Shown here: piece after piece, positions 56,023 through 64,000 of the stretch
Layout: every line of letters begins with the position of its first letter
Position numbering within the stretch: position 1 is the stretch's first letter
Notes under the pieces: generated by a model
What the model was told of the DNA's origin: nothing
Database searches by the model: none
The model's input: only the letters and a program-made list of their open reading frames with translations
Program-made: the position numbers and the translations under genes
Assembly (NCBI GenBank): GCA_965662465.1
Contig: CBFIIO010000007.1
Span: 97 to 64,096, forward strand
DNA: 64,000 nucleotides
Direction of reading: 5' to 3'
Source of the DNA: Planctomycetota bacterium
GTDB lineage: Bacteria > Planctomycetota > UBA1135 > UBA2386

Positions 56023-57177
56023 CTAGTGGAGCAGTTTTTCGGCGCGGTCTAATTGCAGTCGGGCAACTGCTGCAGGTGCGTAGTTTGCGCACGCCCATTC
56101 GCGCGCAAGTTTTCCGGCTGCGCTGGCAAACTCCGCCGACTCAAGATGTCGCAATGCGGCGTTGGCTAGGTCTTGCACGTTCTCTGCAATGATGCATGCG
56201 GGATCAGGTGCACGGCAGCCACGGCTGCCAAGTTCGTTTGTTACGACGGGAACGCCAAAGGAAAGTGCTGTTGCGTTCTTGACTCGGAATCCGCGGCCAG
56301 ACCAAAGCGGTGCGAGCACGAGTCGCACGCGTCCGAGTAGTTCCATTAGGTCTGGAACAAATCCCAAGATCTTAACTCCGGGCAATCTGTCGAGTTCCCC
56401 GATCAGGTGTTCGTTCGGTCCGGCTAATAGCAGTTCGGCATCGGGGCAAACTGCGCGCACGAGTGGCCAGACTTCTGTCGCTAGGATCTTTGCTGCGTGT
56501 GGATTCGGGCCATGCCGGTAATCGCCGAGGAATAACGCGCCCGGCGGTGCCTTGCCGGGTGCGCAAGCTGTCGGCGGAATTGTTAGAGTCGGCGGTCGTA
56601 CCAGCACCTCGCGATCTACAATCTCTGATAAGGCCGCTGCGTCTTCTCGTGTTAGAGCCTGAATCAGGTTGGCCTGCCGGTAGTACTTTCTGATGTATCG
56701 ATGCCATAACCGATTGTCGCGGCGGTCGGCTTGTCTTCCCATGCCGGTGCTAGCGTTGGCCGGTTGGCCGGCTTCGTGGTCGGTGAAGACCGTCGGTATT
56801 CCAGATAGTAAAGGCAGATACTGCGCCATTTGCGCGAGTTCAACGAGTGCTACATCCGGTTGGAAATCTTGTATCGCGTGCAGCAAATGCTGGTGCAGAT
56901 CTGGTTGCCAATATTTTGCAGCAAGCAGTGGTCGGTTGCGCCAACGCCACAACATGCGCAGTTGATGGCTCGGTCCGTTTGGGGCGCCTCGGTAATTGGC
57001 GCTCCTTTGCCATGAGAACGTTGCGTTTGGGTCCAGGCTCTCGCCGGGATGCCGAATGTGCACTAGGCCGAGATTTGCTTGCTCCTTCATGCCATCTGCA
57101 AGAGCGCTGAGGTAGCTGCCACCACCGTGGCTGGCCGCTGGCTCTGGTAGAAAAGGCGTTAAATAGAGTATTCGCAC
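56023..57177 (-). CDS. GT4-family (GT-B fold) glycosyltransferase
   Basis: N-terminus 'MRILYLTPFLPEPAASHGG' and a C-terminal GT1/GT4 core, 'LLLAGP...', 'G.GFRVKNATALSFGVPVVTNELGSRG'. GTG start. Confidence 0.78.
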   Translation of the reverse strand: MRILYLTPFLPEPAASHGGGSYLSALADGMKEQANLGLVHIRHPGESLDPNATFSWQRSANYRGAPNGPSHQLRMLWRWRNRPLLAAKYWQPDLHQHLLHAIQDFQPDVALVELAQMAQYLPLLSGIPTVFTDHEAGQPANASTGMGRQADRRDNRLWHRYIRKYYRQANLIQALTREDAAALSEIVDREVLVRPPTLTIPPTACAPGKAPPGALFLGDYRHGPNPHAAKILATEVWPLVRAVCPDAELLLAGPNEHLIGELDRLPGVKILGFVPDLMELLGRVRLVLAPLWSGRGFRVKNATALSFGVPVVTNELGSRGCRAPDPACIIAENVQDLANAALRHLESAEFASAAGKLAREWACANYAPAAVARLQLDRAEKLLH

Positions 57178-57387
57178 AACCGTTAGATTACCGGTAATCC
57201 ACTTTCACTGAATAGTTTGTGTTGCCGTCGCCTGCATAAGGTCGTGCGAGACTGCGGCATATTTGGGTGGCGGTGGCAGGATCGCCAATACTTTGACATA
57301 ATCTTCCCAAAGTATGAAGGCCGTGGGAGCTATGCCCATCGAAGGGTCGCTCCCGTGGATTCAGGTGCGAGATCTAAGTCCACCGGC

Positions 57388-58977
57388 ATGAATGACACGA
57401 TAAAACTCATCATAGGTCTCCTCAGAGAAGGTAAGCCCGAGTTGCAAGTCGCTGCGGCGCAAATTCTCGGTGAGTTACGACCTCAGGATTTAGAAACGGT
57501 CGATGCGCTGAGTAACGGCGTGGATCGTTCGCCTTTGCTCGGCCGTTTTTGTCTCGATGCTTTAGCTAAGATCGCGACGAAGGACGCCGTTGCTAAGCTT
57601 GCAGAGGCTGTTGTTGAGCATGAGGTGATGTCCGATCATGCGGCGCAGCTGCTAGGGGAGTTGGGCTCATCAACGCATGCGGTTCTCGCGGATATTTACC
57701 CGCAAGCAATCGGCGAGCAACGTGGCCGCATTTTGTCCGTGCTTGGTCGTCAGTTAAGCAATGATTCGATCCCAGTTGTTGTGGATGCACTGCTGACCAA
57801 TGACCTCAACGATACGGCTGCCTCGATGCTCGAGGCCGGTCGCAAGCAGATCACCCCTGAGATGGCCGGCTTGCTGCGGCAGAGTCTCGAGAAGCGACTC
57901 GATGCATCAATGCCACCGCTGCTGGTCGCTCGTGTGTTGACGCTTCTTTCCGCCGTCGACTCTGTGGGGTCGAAGGCTTTGTTCCTTCAGCACATTGAGT
58001 CTGAGGTCCCTCAGCAGATCCGCTCGGCAGCCTTCCGGGCATTGCGCGGAGCAGAGTTATCAGCAGCGCAGACGAAGGCGATGATGGCGTCGCTTGAAGA
58101 CCCAACGCAAAAGGGCGTGCATGAGGCAATACGTGAGTTGTTGATCAATTTGCCGGAGTTCCCCAGCGGTTTGGCGCCGGGCATGAAGCGGTTGATGGCC
58201 TCACGACAGCCTGATCAGCGCTTGTTTGCGCTGCGTATGCTGCGCACTTCTGGCGGCGCTGAGTTGGCTAAGAGCTTCATCAAGATGCTCGACCACGATG
58301 ACGAGCGTTTCCGTGAGGCGGCGATTGCAGGGCTGTCGAACAATAAGCAGGCAGTAGAGCCTGTGCTCAAGTTGATGCAGTCGACTAAGAACTTGGACCT
58401 AGCCCAGGCTTGCTCCAGCATTCTGATGCGACTGGCGGCTCATATCCCGGCAAAGCTGCAAACTGCTGCTGCTGATAAGGCTGTCAAGCTGTTGCCAGCA
58501 AATGCCCGCTTGGGCGACATGCTCCTTGATATGGCTTTGGCCGCGGGTGGCTCGAAGCTGGCTCCCTTCGTGATTGAGAAGGCGATTCGCTTACGTCGAG
58601 TTCATCGCCATGCAGAAGCCTTGCACATTCTTGCCAAGGTTGGCGCCGGCGAGCACTGCACTGAAGAGGTGCACTACCAAATCGCTCTGATCAAATTGTT
58701 GGTCGCGGCAGACGAAGTAGAAGGTGCAGGTGTCCCCGGCAACTCGACGATGGGCTTCTTCACTGTCTTGATTCGAGGGGGCTTCCCGCTTCTTGATCGC
58801 CTGAAGCGCGAGTCGGCGATCAAGCCGGAGATGCTGTTGCGGGTGGCGAACTACTTCACGACTGCAGTTGGTGTCGAGAAGCGTTTTGGCATCGATTTGA
58901 TGCAGTTCTTAGCTGCACGCACCAAGGGTCGAGCTGGCGAAGAGGCTAGGTTGGCGCTGCGAGTCGCCGGCAACTAA
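57388..58977 (+). CDS. HEAT/ARM-repeat protein
   Basis: All-helical protein with repeated '...VR.AA..AL..L' units, such as 'QVAAAQILGELRP', 'QIRSAAFRALRG', 'QRLFALRMLR' and 'ERFREAAIAGLS'. The ATG at 57388 is preferred over the longer ORF. Confidence 0.5.
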   Translation: MNDTIKLIIGLLREGKPELQVAAAQILGELRPQDLETVDALSNGVDRSPLLGRFCLDALAKIATKDAVAKLAEAVVEHEVMSDHAAQLLGELGSSTHAVLADIYPQAIGEQRGRILSVLGRQLSNDSIPVVVDALLTNDLNDTAASMLEAGRKQITPEMAGLLRQSLEKRLDASMPPLLVARVLTLLSAVDSVGSKALFLQHIESEVPQQIRSAAFRALRGAELSAAQTKAMMASLEDPTQKGVHEAIRELLINLPEFPSGLAPGMKRLMASRQPDQRLFALRMLRTSGGAELAKSFIKMLDHDDERFREAAIAGLSNNKQAVEPVLKLMQSTKNLDLAQACSSILMRLAAHIPAKLQTAAADKAVKLLPANARLGDMLLDMALAAGGSKLAPFVIEKAIRLRRVHRHAEALHILAKVGAGEHCTEEVHYQIALIKLLVAADEVEGAGVPGNSTMGFFTVLIRGGFPLLDRLKRESAIKPEMLLRVANYFTTAVGVEKRFGIDLMQFLAARTKGRAGEEARLALRVAGN

Positions 58978-58999
58978 TTGTCGGGCCTGTTTGGTGTGT

Positions 59000-59032
59000 G
59001 ATCCACCAAGTCATGCATCGTGCTGGTGGATC
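59000..59032. terminator. Hairpin between convergent genes (possible bidirectional terminator)
   Basis: 9-bp perfect stem GATCCACCA/TGGTGGATC with a 15-nt loop, filling the 57-nt gap between the HEAT-gene stop (58977) and the psd stop (59035). Confidence 0.45.
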
Positions 59033-59034
59033 AG

Positions 59035-59820
59035 TTAGATGGTCGGCGCACTGGCAGCCATGCCCATGATGACCCGCTGCTCTGGCTCTACTGGCAGCAG
59101 GCTGCCGCCGCCTTTGCCAATGACCAGGACGACCGTTGAGCCAAATCCGAATTGGCCAACCTCTTGGCCGCAGGCAATGTCACCGCTTGGTGCCGTTACG
59201 AAGGTGCCACCAACGTTGTAGGCGCCGACCATTACGATTGCTGCCGGTGTGCCGTTGGCCATCTTGCAGCGGAACACATGGCGACTGTTGCGGGCAAACA
59301 GGTTGTCGATGCAGCGCACTGCGGGTGGGTTGACGGGGAACAGGGTGCCTTTTATGGCTTGGACGTCGAGCACCGTGCCAGCGAATGCTGAGTGGACACG
59401 GTGGTAGTCGCCAGGTGCTAGATAGATTGTGGCTTGGTATCCGCCGGCTAATTCGCGCGCAAACTCATTGCTGCCGAGAAGGTCAGCTAGTGAGTAGTCG
59501 TTGCCTTTCACTTGCGGGATGCGTCCTTCGTCAAATCGCCCTGCTGTCACGATTCTCCCATCGCACGGCCAGACCAATTGGCTGTCAGCGATGGGGCGCG
59601 CGGTCGGCTTTAGTCCACGCCGAAAGAACGCCTGGAGGCTGCGGAAGTCGGCTAGATCACTTGCGATATCGTCAAGGGACGCGCCGTAGCGGCGGGCAAA
59701 CCAGCGAAAAAATCCCGGCCTTATGGCGCGGGGCAGGGGGATTGCCGTGAGTATGCCGCAGAGCCTTGAGAGAGGCACCTTGGGCAGTGCTGTGAGTGTT
59801 AAGCGGCGTAATTTGGACAT
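59035..59820 (-). CDS. psd: Phosphatidylserine decarboxylase proenzyme
   Basis: Motif 'YLAPGDYHRVHSA' and the self-cleavage site 'FGFGSTVVLV' (GS(T) motif). The ATG at 59820 is preferred. Confidence 0.9.
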   Translation of the reverse strand: MSKLRRLTLTALPKVPLSRLCGILTAIPLPRAIRPGFFRWFARRYGASLDDIASDLADFRSLQAFFRRGLKPTARPIADSQLVWPCDGRIVTAGRFDEGRIPQVKGNDYSLADLLGSNEFARELAGGYQATIYLAPGDYHRVHSAFAGTVLDVQAIKGTLFPVNPPAVRCIDNLFARNSRHVFRCKMANGTPAAIVMVGAYNVGGTFVTAPSGDIACGQEVGQFGFGSTVVLVIGKGGGSLLPVEPEQRVIMGMAASAPTI

Positions 59821-59904
59821 GCTGTCAGGGTCAACACAGTTGCGGTTCTGTCTCCTTTGCGCAAGAGAATGGTGACACAGGCTGAGATCTGGCAAGATCC
59901 ATGC

Positions 59905-60429
59905 ATGCGTCAAGGTTGGCTATGGGTAATGAGTCTCGCGGCAGTGGTGTCGGGTGCGGCGTGTGATGATGCATCCGCCCGTGGTGCGGATCAGCCCGAT
60001 ATGATGGTGCTAGAAGTCGGTGGCTCGCAGCCATCGCTTCGAGAGGCACTTGTCGCACAGGGAATCTCCGTTAGGCCTGGCCACCAGTTGTCGGCCCCAA
60101 GCGAGAGTGGCTTTGTAGATCTAGAGGGAGCTGGTAGTGAACAGCAGGGCAATGTTGGCGGCCCCAGCGGAGATGGTGACGACGTTCGTTCGACGGGGGA
60201 GTTGTCGCAGGAACCTGAAGTCAGTCCTGATCGAGTTTTGCCGCAAGAGTCGGAGTGGGTGATTGTTACTCTTCGTGAACAGGAGACGCTGACTCACGTC
60301 GCGCGGCGTTGTCTAGGTGATGGCGGTCGTTTCTATGAGATCATGAAGTGGAATGGTTTCAGCGAGCGTGATACGCGCCGGATGGCCGTTGGAGCTGCGA
60401 TCAAGATCAAGCGCTCTGAGATGCGTTGA
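59905..60429 (+). CDS. Lipoprotein with C-terminal LysM domain
   Basis: Lipobox 'VVSGAAC' from the ATG at 59905. LysM-like 'VIVTLREQETLTHVARRCLGDGGRFYEIMKWNGFSERDTRRMAVGAAIKI'. Confidence 0.6.
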   Translation: MRQGWLWVMSLAAVVSGAACDDASARGADQPDMMVLEVGGSQPSLREALVAQGISVRPGHQLSAPSESGFVDLEGAGSEQQGNVGGPSGDGDDVRSTGELSQEPEVSPDRVLPQESEWVIVTLREQETLTHVARRCLGDGGRFYEIMKWNGFSERDTRRMAVGAAIKIKRSEMR

Positions 60430-60433
60430 GACG

Positions 60434-61048
60434 GTGACGGAGCCTTTTCAGACGCCGCCATTGTCGGCGATCGGAGTCGTTCGCTCTGCGCAGCGATTGC
60501 ATCACGAGGCACCTCGGCAGAGTGGTCTAGGCCGAGGTGGAGTTGGCGAGATTCAGTTGCACCAAGGCATGCAGAATGGTCTCAAAGATCTAGCAGGCTT
60601 TAGCCATTTGTGGGTTCTGTTCTGGTGTCATCATGCGCGTGGAACTCCTATGCAGGTGCAGCCGCCGCGCGACACCGAAAAGCGCGGAGTCTTTGCTACG
60701 CGTGCGCCTCAGCGACCGAATGCGATTGGTATGTCGTGTGTTCGCCTGTTGCGAATTGAGAAGCGGGTCTTGCACATAGCTGATCACGATTTGCTTGACG
60801 GTAGTCCGGTGCTCGACATCAAGCCTTATCTGCCATACTGCGATAGCGTGCCTGAGGCTCAGATTGGTTACGTCGAGAGTCTCCCAGCGGAGGCGGGCGA
60901 CCATCGGTTATGGTGGCAGGATAAGTCCGTGTCGCCGCCAAAAAGCTACTCGGACTATTTGGGCGAGGCGGACTGTGCCGAGTTTCCCGAGGGCCCGAGT
61001 TGTGATCGGCTGCTAGACGAGCAAGATCCAGATAGAATCGACAACTGA
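60434..61048 (+). CDS. trmO: tRNA (t6A37) methyltransferase TrmO (TsaA/YaeB family)
   Basis: Motifs 'IGVVRS...EAPRQ', 'GFSHLWVLFWCH', 'RGVFATRAPQRPNAIGMSCVRL' and 'DLLDGSPVLDIKPYLPY'. The probable GTG start at 60434 lies just after the LysM gene stop. The listed ORF start at 60353 overlaps that gene. Confidence 0.85.
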   Translation: MTEPFQTPPLSAIGVVRSAQRLHHEAPRQSGLGRGGVGEIQLHQGMQNGLKDLAGFSHLWVLFWCHHARGTPMQVQPPRDTEKRGVFATRAPQRPNAIGMSCVRLLRIEKRVLHIADHDLLDGSPVLDIKPYLPYCDSVPEAQIGYVESLPAEAGDHRLWWQDKSVSPPKSYSDYLGEADCAEFPEGPSCDRLLDEQDPDRIDN

Positions 61049-61287
61049 CGGACCTGGTTCTGCTTGGTGGCAGTAGGGCCTAACGAGGTCGTGCACTGCG
61101 ATGTCTGTCTGGCAGGCCTAGATGCTCGCTGCGCGCTTGGCGCCAGCTGCCACTATGATCGATTGGCGGGATATGTGATTGTCGCCAGTCAGCCGCCGCG
61201 GTGGTGTGTCTGTGCACGCGCTCTCCGTACATGCAAGCGGCTCCCGGAGGAGCCGCTGCCGTCACTCAGTTGCGCTTCGCTTCGTGA

Positions 61288-64000
61288 TTAGAAGCGGAAC
61301 GGCAGGCGCAGGAAGTCCAGCTGTGGACGCGGTGTTGATGGGTTGAGTGCCGGTGGCACGGCCGCACCTGGCTTGTATGCCATATCGAACACGACGTCCC
61401 ATTGCACATAACGAGGGGGGCCGTTGGTCGCAATCCATGCTTGCAGGCCCGGGTCGTTCAGGTCGCGAACAAACTCCTGTTGACTGGTCTCAGGATAGCG
61501 CCCGATGAGGATGTTTGCTGGATCCGGGTCTTGGTGGAAGGCAAAGCCAATGCGCACATTGGAGATTGGAGTCGGCATGCCGCCAACTGGCGAGTAGGTT
61601 GACCCGAGGCCTTCTGAACCGTTTGTAACGACCTTGAAGAACTTGGCTCGAACTTGCAGTTGGGTTGCCTGGATTGGAACAACACCGGCGGTGGCCTCAA
61701 CAAGCAGCTCGTCGCCGCTGTGGCTGAGGATGCGATAGCCAGTCAGGATCGAACCTGCTGAGTTCAGCAACTCGGCTTGGTATTGCGCGTAGCGGTTGGC
61801 TTCACCAAGGACCGAGCTTTCTAGCTTCACTCTGTATGCTGGATTGCCGAGGTAGCTGGCATCGGTGTCGATCGTCGCGATGTTCGTAGCCGAGACCGGC
61901 GTCGGATATTTGATGCGGACCGATTGGCCGATGACTTCGTAGTCGACGTAGCCAGGGGTGATACTTGTGAGGTCCACGCCAGCAAACTCGAACTTCGGTC
62001 CGACTTCGGCACCGTTAGAGGTCACGAGTCCACGCGGCAATCCGTCCGCTGCAGCGAGTCCACGTCGTTGACTAGAGCCAGTGTCGATCCACTTCGAACG
62101 CACGCGTGATTTCGAGTTGAATGGAACCGGCATCAAGGTCGGGGTCGGACGGATGTCGCCTTCGTCGCTGCCAATGTTCGTCGGATTGCCAGCGTCGTCC
62201 ACATACACGCCGAGCGCATCTGGGAAGCCGCGCCAACCGATCAGTTGACGTTTTTGCTCACCAACCAAGTTCACGCCAGTGCTAGGCAGTTGGAACTGGA
62301 TGTTGTCGTCAAGGCGGGTGTTCGTGCCATCGAACAGATTCTCGCCAGGTGGCACCATTAGCTGGACGATGCCCATGCCGCCTAGTCCGCCTAGAGGCTC
62401 CGTATCGTAACTCGTGCCGGCGAGCAGTGCTTGGCCAGAGGCGCGATACTTCCTTTGCACGTTGACCGCACCGAAACCGCCGGTCGTGCAGACGCCGCCG
62501 TCAGCGGATATCGCGAAGCTGTAATCGTTACCAAGGAAAGGGTGGGTTGGGGTCGCGGTGGTAGACGGCGAGCCGTAGACGTAGCGGCCATTGGGGCCAA
62601 TGTTCGGGTTGCCGTGGGCTTCGATGATGATGCCCTTGGCCGACATGAGGATGACCATGCCGCCGGCGCCGCCGCCGCCGCCGCCTGCTTCACCGCAGGC
62701 GCCGACTTGCTCGCCGCCGCCGCCGTTGCCGCCGTCAGCACTGATCTTGCCGGTTTGGGTGATCGTGATCTCTTGTAGAGCCTTAACGATCAGCACGCCG
62801 CCGCCGCCGCCGGCGCCACCACCGCTGTAGTCGTTCTTCGGGTCGTTGCCCGTGAGGGTGCAGTTTTGGCTTGGAGAGGTGTCGCCACCGCCGCCACCGC
62901 CGCCACCGCCGACTGGGATGCTAAGTTCACCGAGGATCCGCAGATTGCGGTTCACATCGATGGCGCTACCCCAGAAGTTGTTGTCTTGACGCGTGTCCGT
63001 GAACAATAGGTCGCCAGGCTCACCGCCAGCTAGGTAGTTGGTGCGAGTGGGGCTGCTGCCACTGCAGCCTGCGCCGCCGTAGCCCATCACTTGTTGGAAG
63101 GAAGTTTGGCCAACGGTGTTGGGGGAGGTTCCGGTCGGGATCGTGCCTCGATAGTTGAGGTCACCCTGGGTGGCCATCGTGCCGCCGCCGCCGCCCGAAC
63201 CGCCACCACTACTGTTGTAGCCAGTTCCGGTGTAGCAACCGCTGGTGCATGCTAGGTAGCCACCGCGTCCACCTTTGCCGGCAGACTGGCCTGGGCCGCG
63301 CCCGGTGCCGCCGCGCAGGTCGCGCAGGGTCGCACTTGGGGTGCCGTCGCCGCCGTTGCCGCCGCCGCAAACACCAACTCCGCCAGCCTTGGCAAAGTTC
63401 GCTGAGTTGAGCGTGTCAACGCGTGCCCCGGCACCGCCACTTACTGTGAGCGTGCCAGCAACGTTGAACGTGCCACTGCAGAGCCAAACCATTGGGTTCG
63501 GGCCAGTGCCGCGCACGGTCACGCCTTGCGGGATCGTGACGTTTTTGAAGTTGAAGACGCCACCAGCCACCGTGAAGGGCAAGCCTGCCTTTGGCACGAT
63601 TTGGGTGAACGAGGTGTTCAATACAACTTCGTTGGCCTGCGGCTCATACTCAAGCGTGGTGGAGTTGCCTTCGAAGGCGAAACCAGCGCGTACAAATCCT
63701 TGGCCTACTTCTGCCTGTGACTCCGGGAACGACGCCGCGGCGTCGACATTGGAGGTTGCGCTGAAGTTTTCCGCAATGCCGTTCCACTGCTGGGAGTAGC
63801 TGTCATTGGTCTTGAACGAGCCGAACACTCGGTCAAACGAAGGGTTTGCTAGGTTGTTCTCGCCTGAGATGTCCTCAAGAGTGTTTTCCACGATGATTCG
63901 AACCGTCGCGTTATTTGGCAATACGCCGACCGGTTGCAGCAAGATCGTGGCGCCGCTTAGGTTGTTGCGCTCGATGTCAACTGAGGCTGGGATCCACGTG
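61288..64000 (-). CDS. Very large glycine-tract-rich secreted/surface protein, N-terminus beyond window edge
   Basis: The reading frame stays open from 63942 to the window end (...TWIPASVDIERNNLSGATILLQPVG...), so the gene is 5'-truncated. It contains multiple tracts: 'GGGNGGDG', 'SSGGGSGGGGGT', 'VGGGGGGGGGDT', 'SGGGAGGGGGV' and 'GGNGGGGEQVGACGEAGGGGGGAGG'. The protein ends in 'LDFLRLPFRF'. Confidence 0.75.
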   Translation of the reverse strand, partial: TWIPASVDIERNNLSGATILLQPVGVLPNNATVRIIVENTLEDISGENNLANPSFDRVFGSFKTNDSYSQQWNGIAENFSATSNVDAAASFPESQAEVGQGFVRAGFAFEGNSTTLEYEPQANEVVLNTSFTQIVPKAGLPFTVAGGVFNFKNVTIPQGVTVRGTGPNPMVWLCSGTFNVAGTLTVSGGAGARVDTLNSANFAKAGGVGVCGGGNGGDGTPSATLRDLRGGTGRGPGQSAGKGGRGGYLACTSGCYTGTGYNSSGGGSGGGGGTMATQGDLNYRGTIPTGTSPNTVGQTSFQQVMGYGGAGCSGSSPTRTNYLAGGEPGDLLFTDTRQDNNFWGSAIDVNRNLRILGELSIPVGGGGGGGGGDTSPSQNCTLTGNDPKNDYSGGGAGGGGGVLIVKALQEITITQTGKISADGGNGGGGEQVGACGEAGGGGGGAGGMVILMSAKGIIIEAHGNPNIGPNGRYVYGSPSTTATPTHPFLGNDYSFAISADGGVCTTGGFGAVNVQRKYRASGQALLAGTSYDTEPLGGLGGMGIVQLMVPPGENLFDGTNTRLDDNIQFQLPSTGVNLVGEQKRQLIGWRGFPDALGVYVDDAGNPTNIGSDEGDIRPTPTLMPVPFNSKSRVRSKWIDTGSSQRRGLAAADGLPRGLVTSNGAEVGPKFEFAGVDLTSITPGYVDYEVIGQSVRIKYPTPVSATNIATIDTDASYLGNPAYRVKLESSVLGEANRYAQYQAELLNSAGSILTGYRILSHSGDELLVEATAGVVPIQATQLQVRAKFFKVVTNGSEGLGSTYSPVGGMPTPISNVRIGFAFHQDPDPANILIGRYPETSQQEFVRDLNDPGLQAWIATNGPPRYVQWDVVFDMAYKPGAAVPPALNPSTPRPQLDFLRLPFRF
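62668..62685. repeat. (GCC)6 tract (poly-Gly codons on the minus strand)
   Basis: Six uninterrupted GCC units. Similar tracts lie at 62713-62724, 62797-62811 and 63181-63192. Confidence 0.9.
62884..62910. repeat. (GCCACCGCC)3 9-bp tandem repeat (Gly9 on the minus strand)
   Basis: Three exact 9-bp units read directly from the sequence. Confidence 0.9.

Noticed and set aside
1-64000. Search for CRISPR arrays, IS elements, integrases, prophage genes, toxin-antitoxin pairs, reverse transcriptases and rRNA/tRNA genes.
   Set aside because: No regularly spaced direct repeats were found. No transposase, integrase or phage-like translations appear in the ORF track. No terminal inverted repeats flank any block. 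No RNA gene signature was recognised by eye, though small ncRNAs cannot be excluded without a covariance-model scan.

Overview
Gene-dense bacterial chromosomal segment on both strands. By eye, coding regions are roughly mid-50s % GC. About 50 protein-coding genes are supported. I found no rRNA, tRNA, CRISPR array, transposase, integrase or prophage signature. Many genes are translationally coupled through 4-nt ATGA or GTGA start/stop overlaps at 3581, 11679, 12506, 16294, 23233, 43141 and 45181. The gene content is compatible with a PVC/Planctomycetota-like or similar environmental Gram-negative lineage, but this cannot be verified without a search. That content includes large secreted Ig-like/beta-propeller proteins, HEAT-repeat proteins, a formylglycine-generating enzyme, GH57 and archaeal-type debranching enzymes, a UbiX/UbiA/UbiE set, a B12-radical-SAM enzyme, and low-complexity basic or Gly tails.

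Recognisable housekeeping blocks:
- thiolase, two cyclophilins, crotonase, pabB and pabC
- nupC, purine nucleoside phosphorylase and a GNAT acetyltransferase
- glgC divergent from a debranching enzyme and a GH57 enzyme
- ubiE, a CPBP protease, ubiX, a UbiA-family enzyme, holA and mutL
- der, trkH, psd, trmO and ggt

The most interesting unexplained locus is a tightly packed four-gene operon at 15.3-19.6 kb. It encodes an S51 (cyanophycinase/peptidase-E fold)-like protein with a large helical insert, an E-set+esterase, a divergent ATP-grasp ligase and a second esterase. I interpret it as a candidate uncharacterised ATP-dependent amide-ligation and hydrolysis system.

Other items worth a second look:
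- a giant poly-glycine-tract protein running off the 3' window edge (61.3-64.0 kb)
- a 1,000-aa lipoprotein with Ig-like, proline-rich and YVTN-propeller parts behind a 450-bp leader
- a thioredoxin-fold/HEAT protein ending in an RGG/poly-Gly tail
- a triple-esterase fusion
- a 586-bp ORF-free, AT-richer divergent intergenic region between trkH and a B12-radical-SAM gene

All functional calls rest on motif recognition in the supplied translations. No database search was possible.
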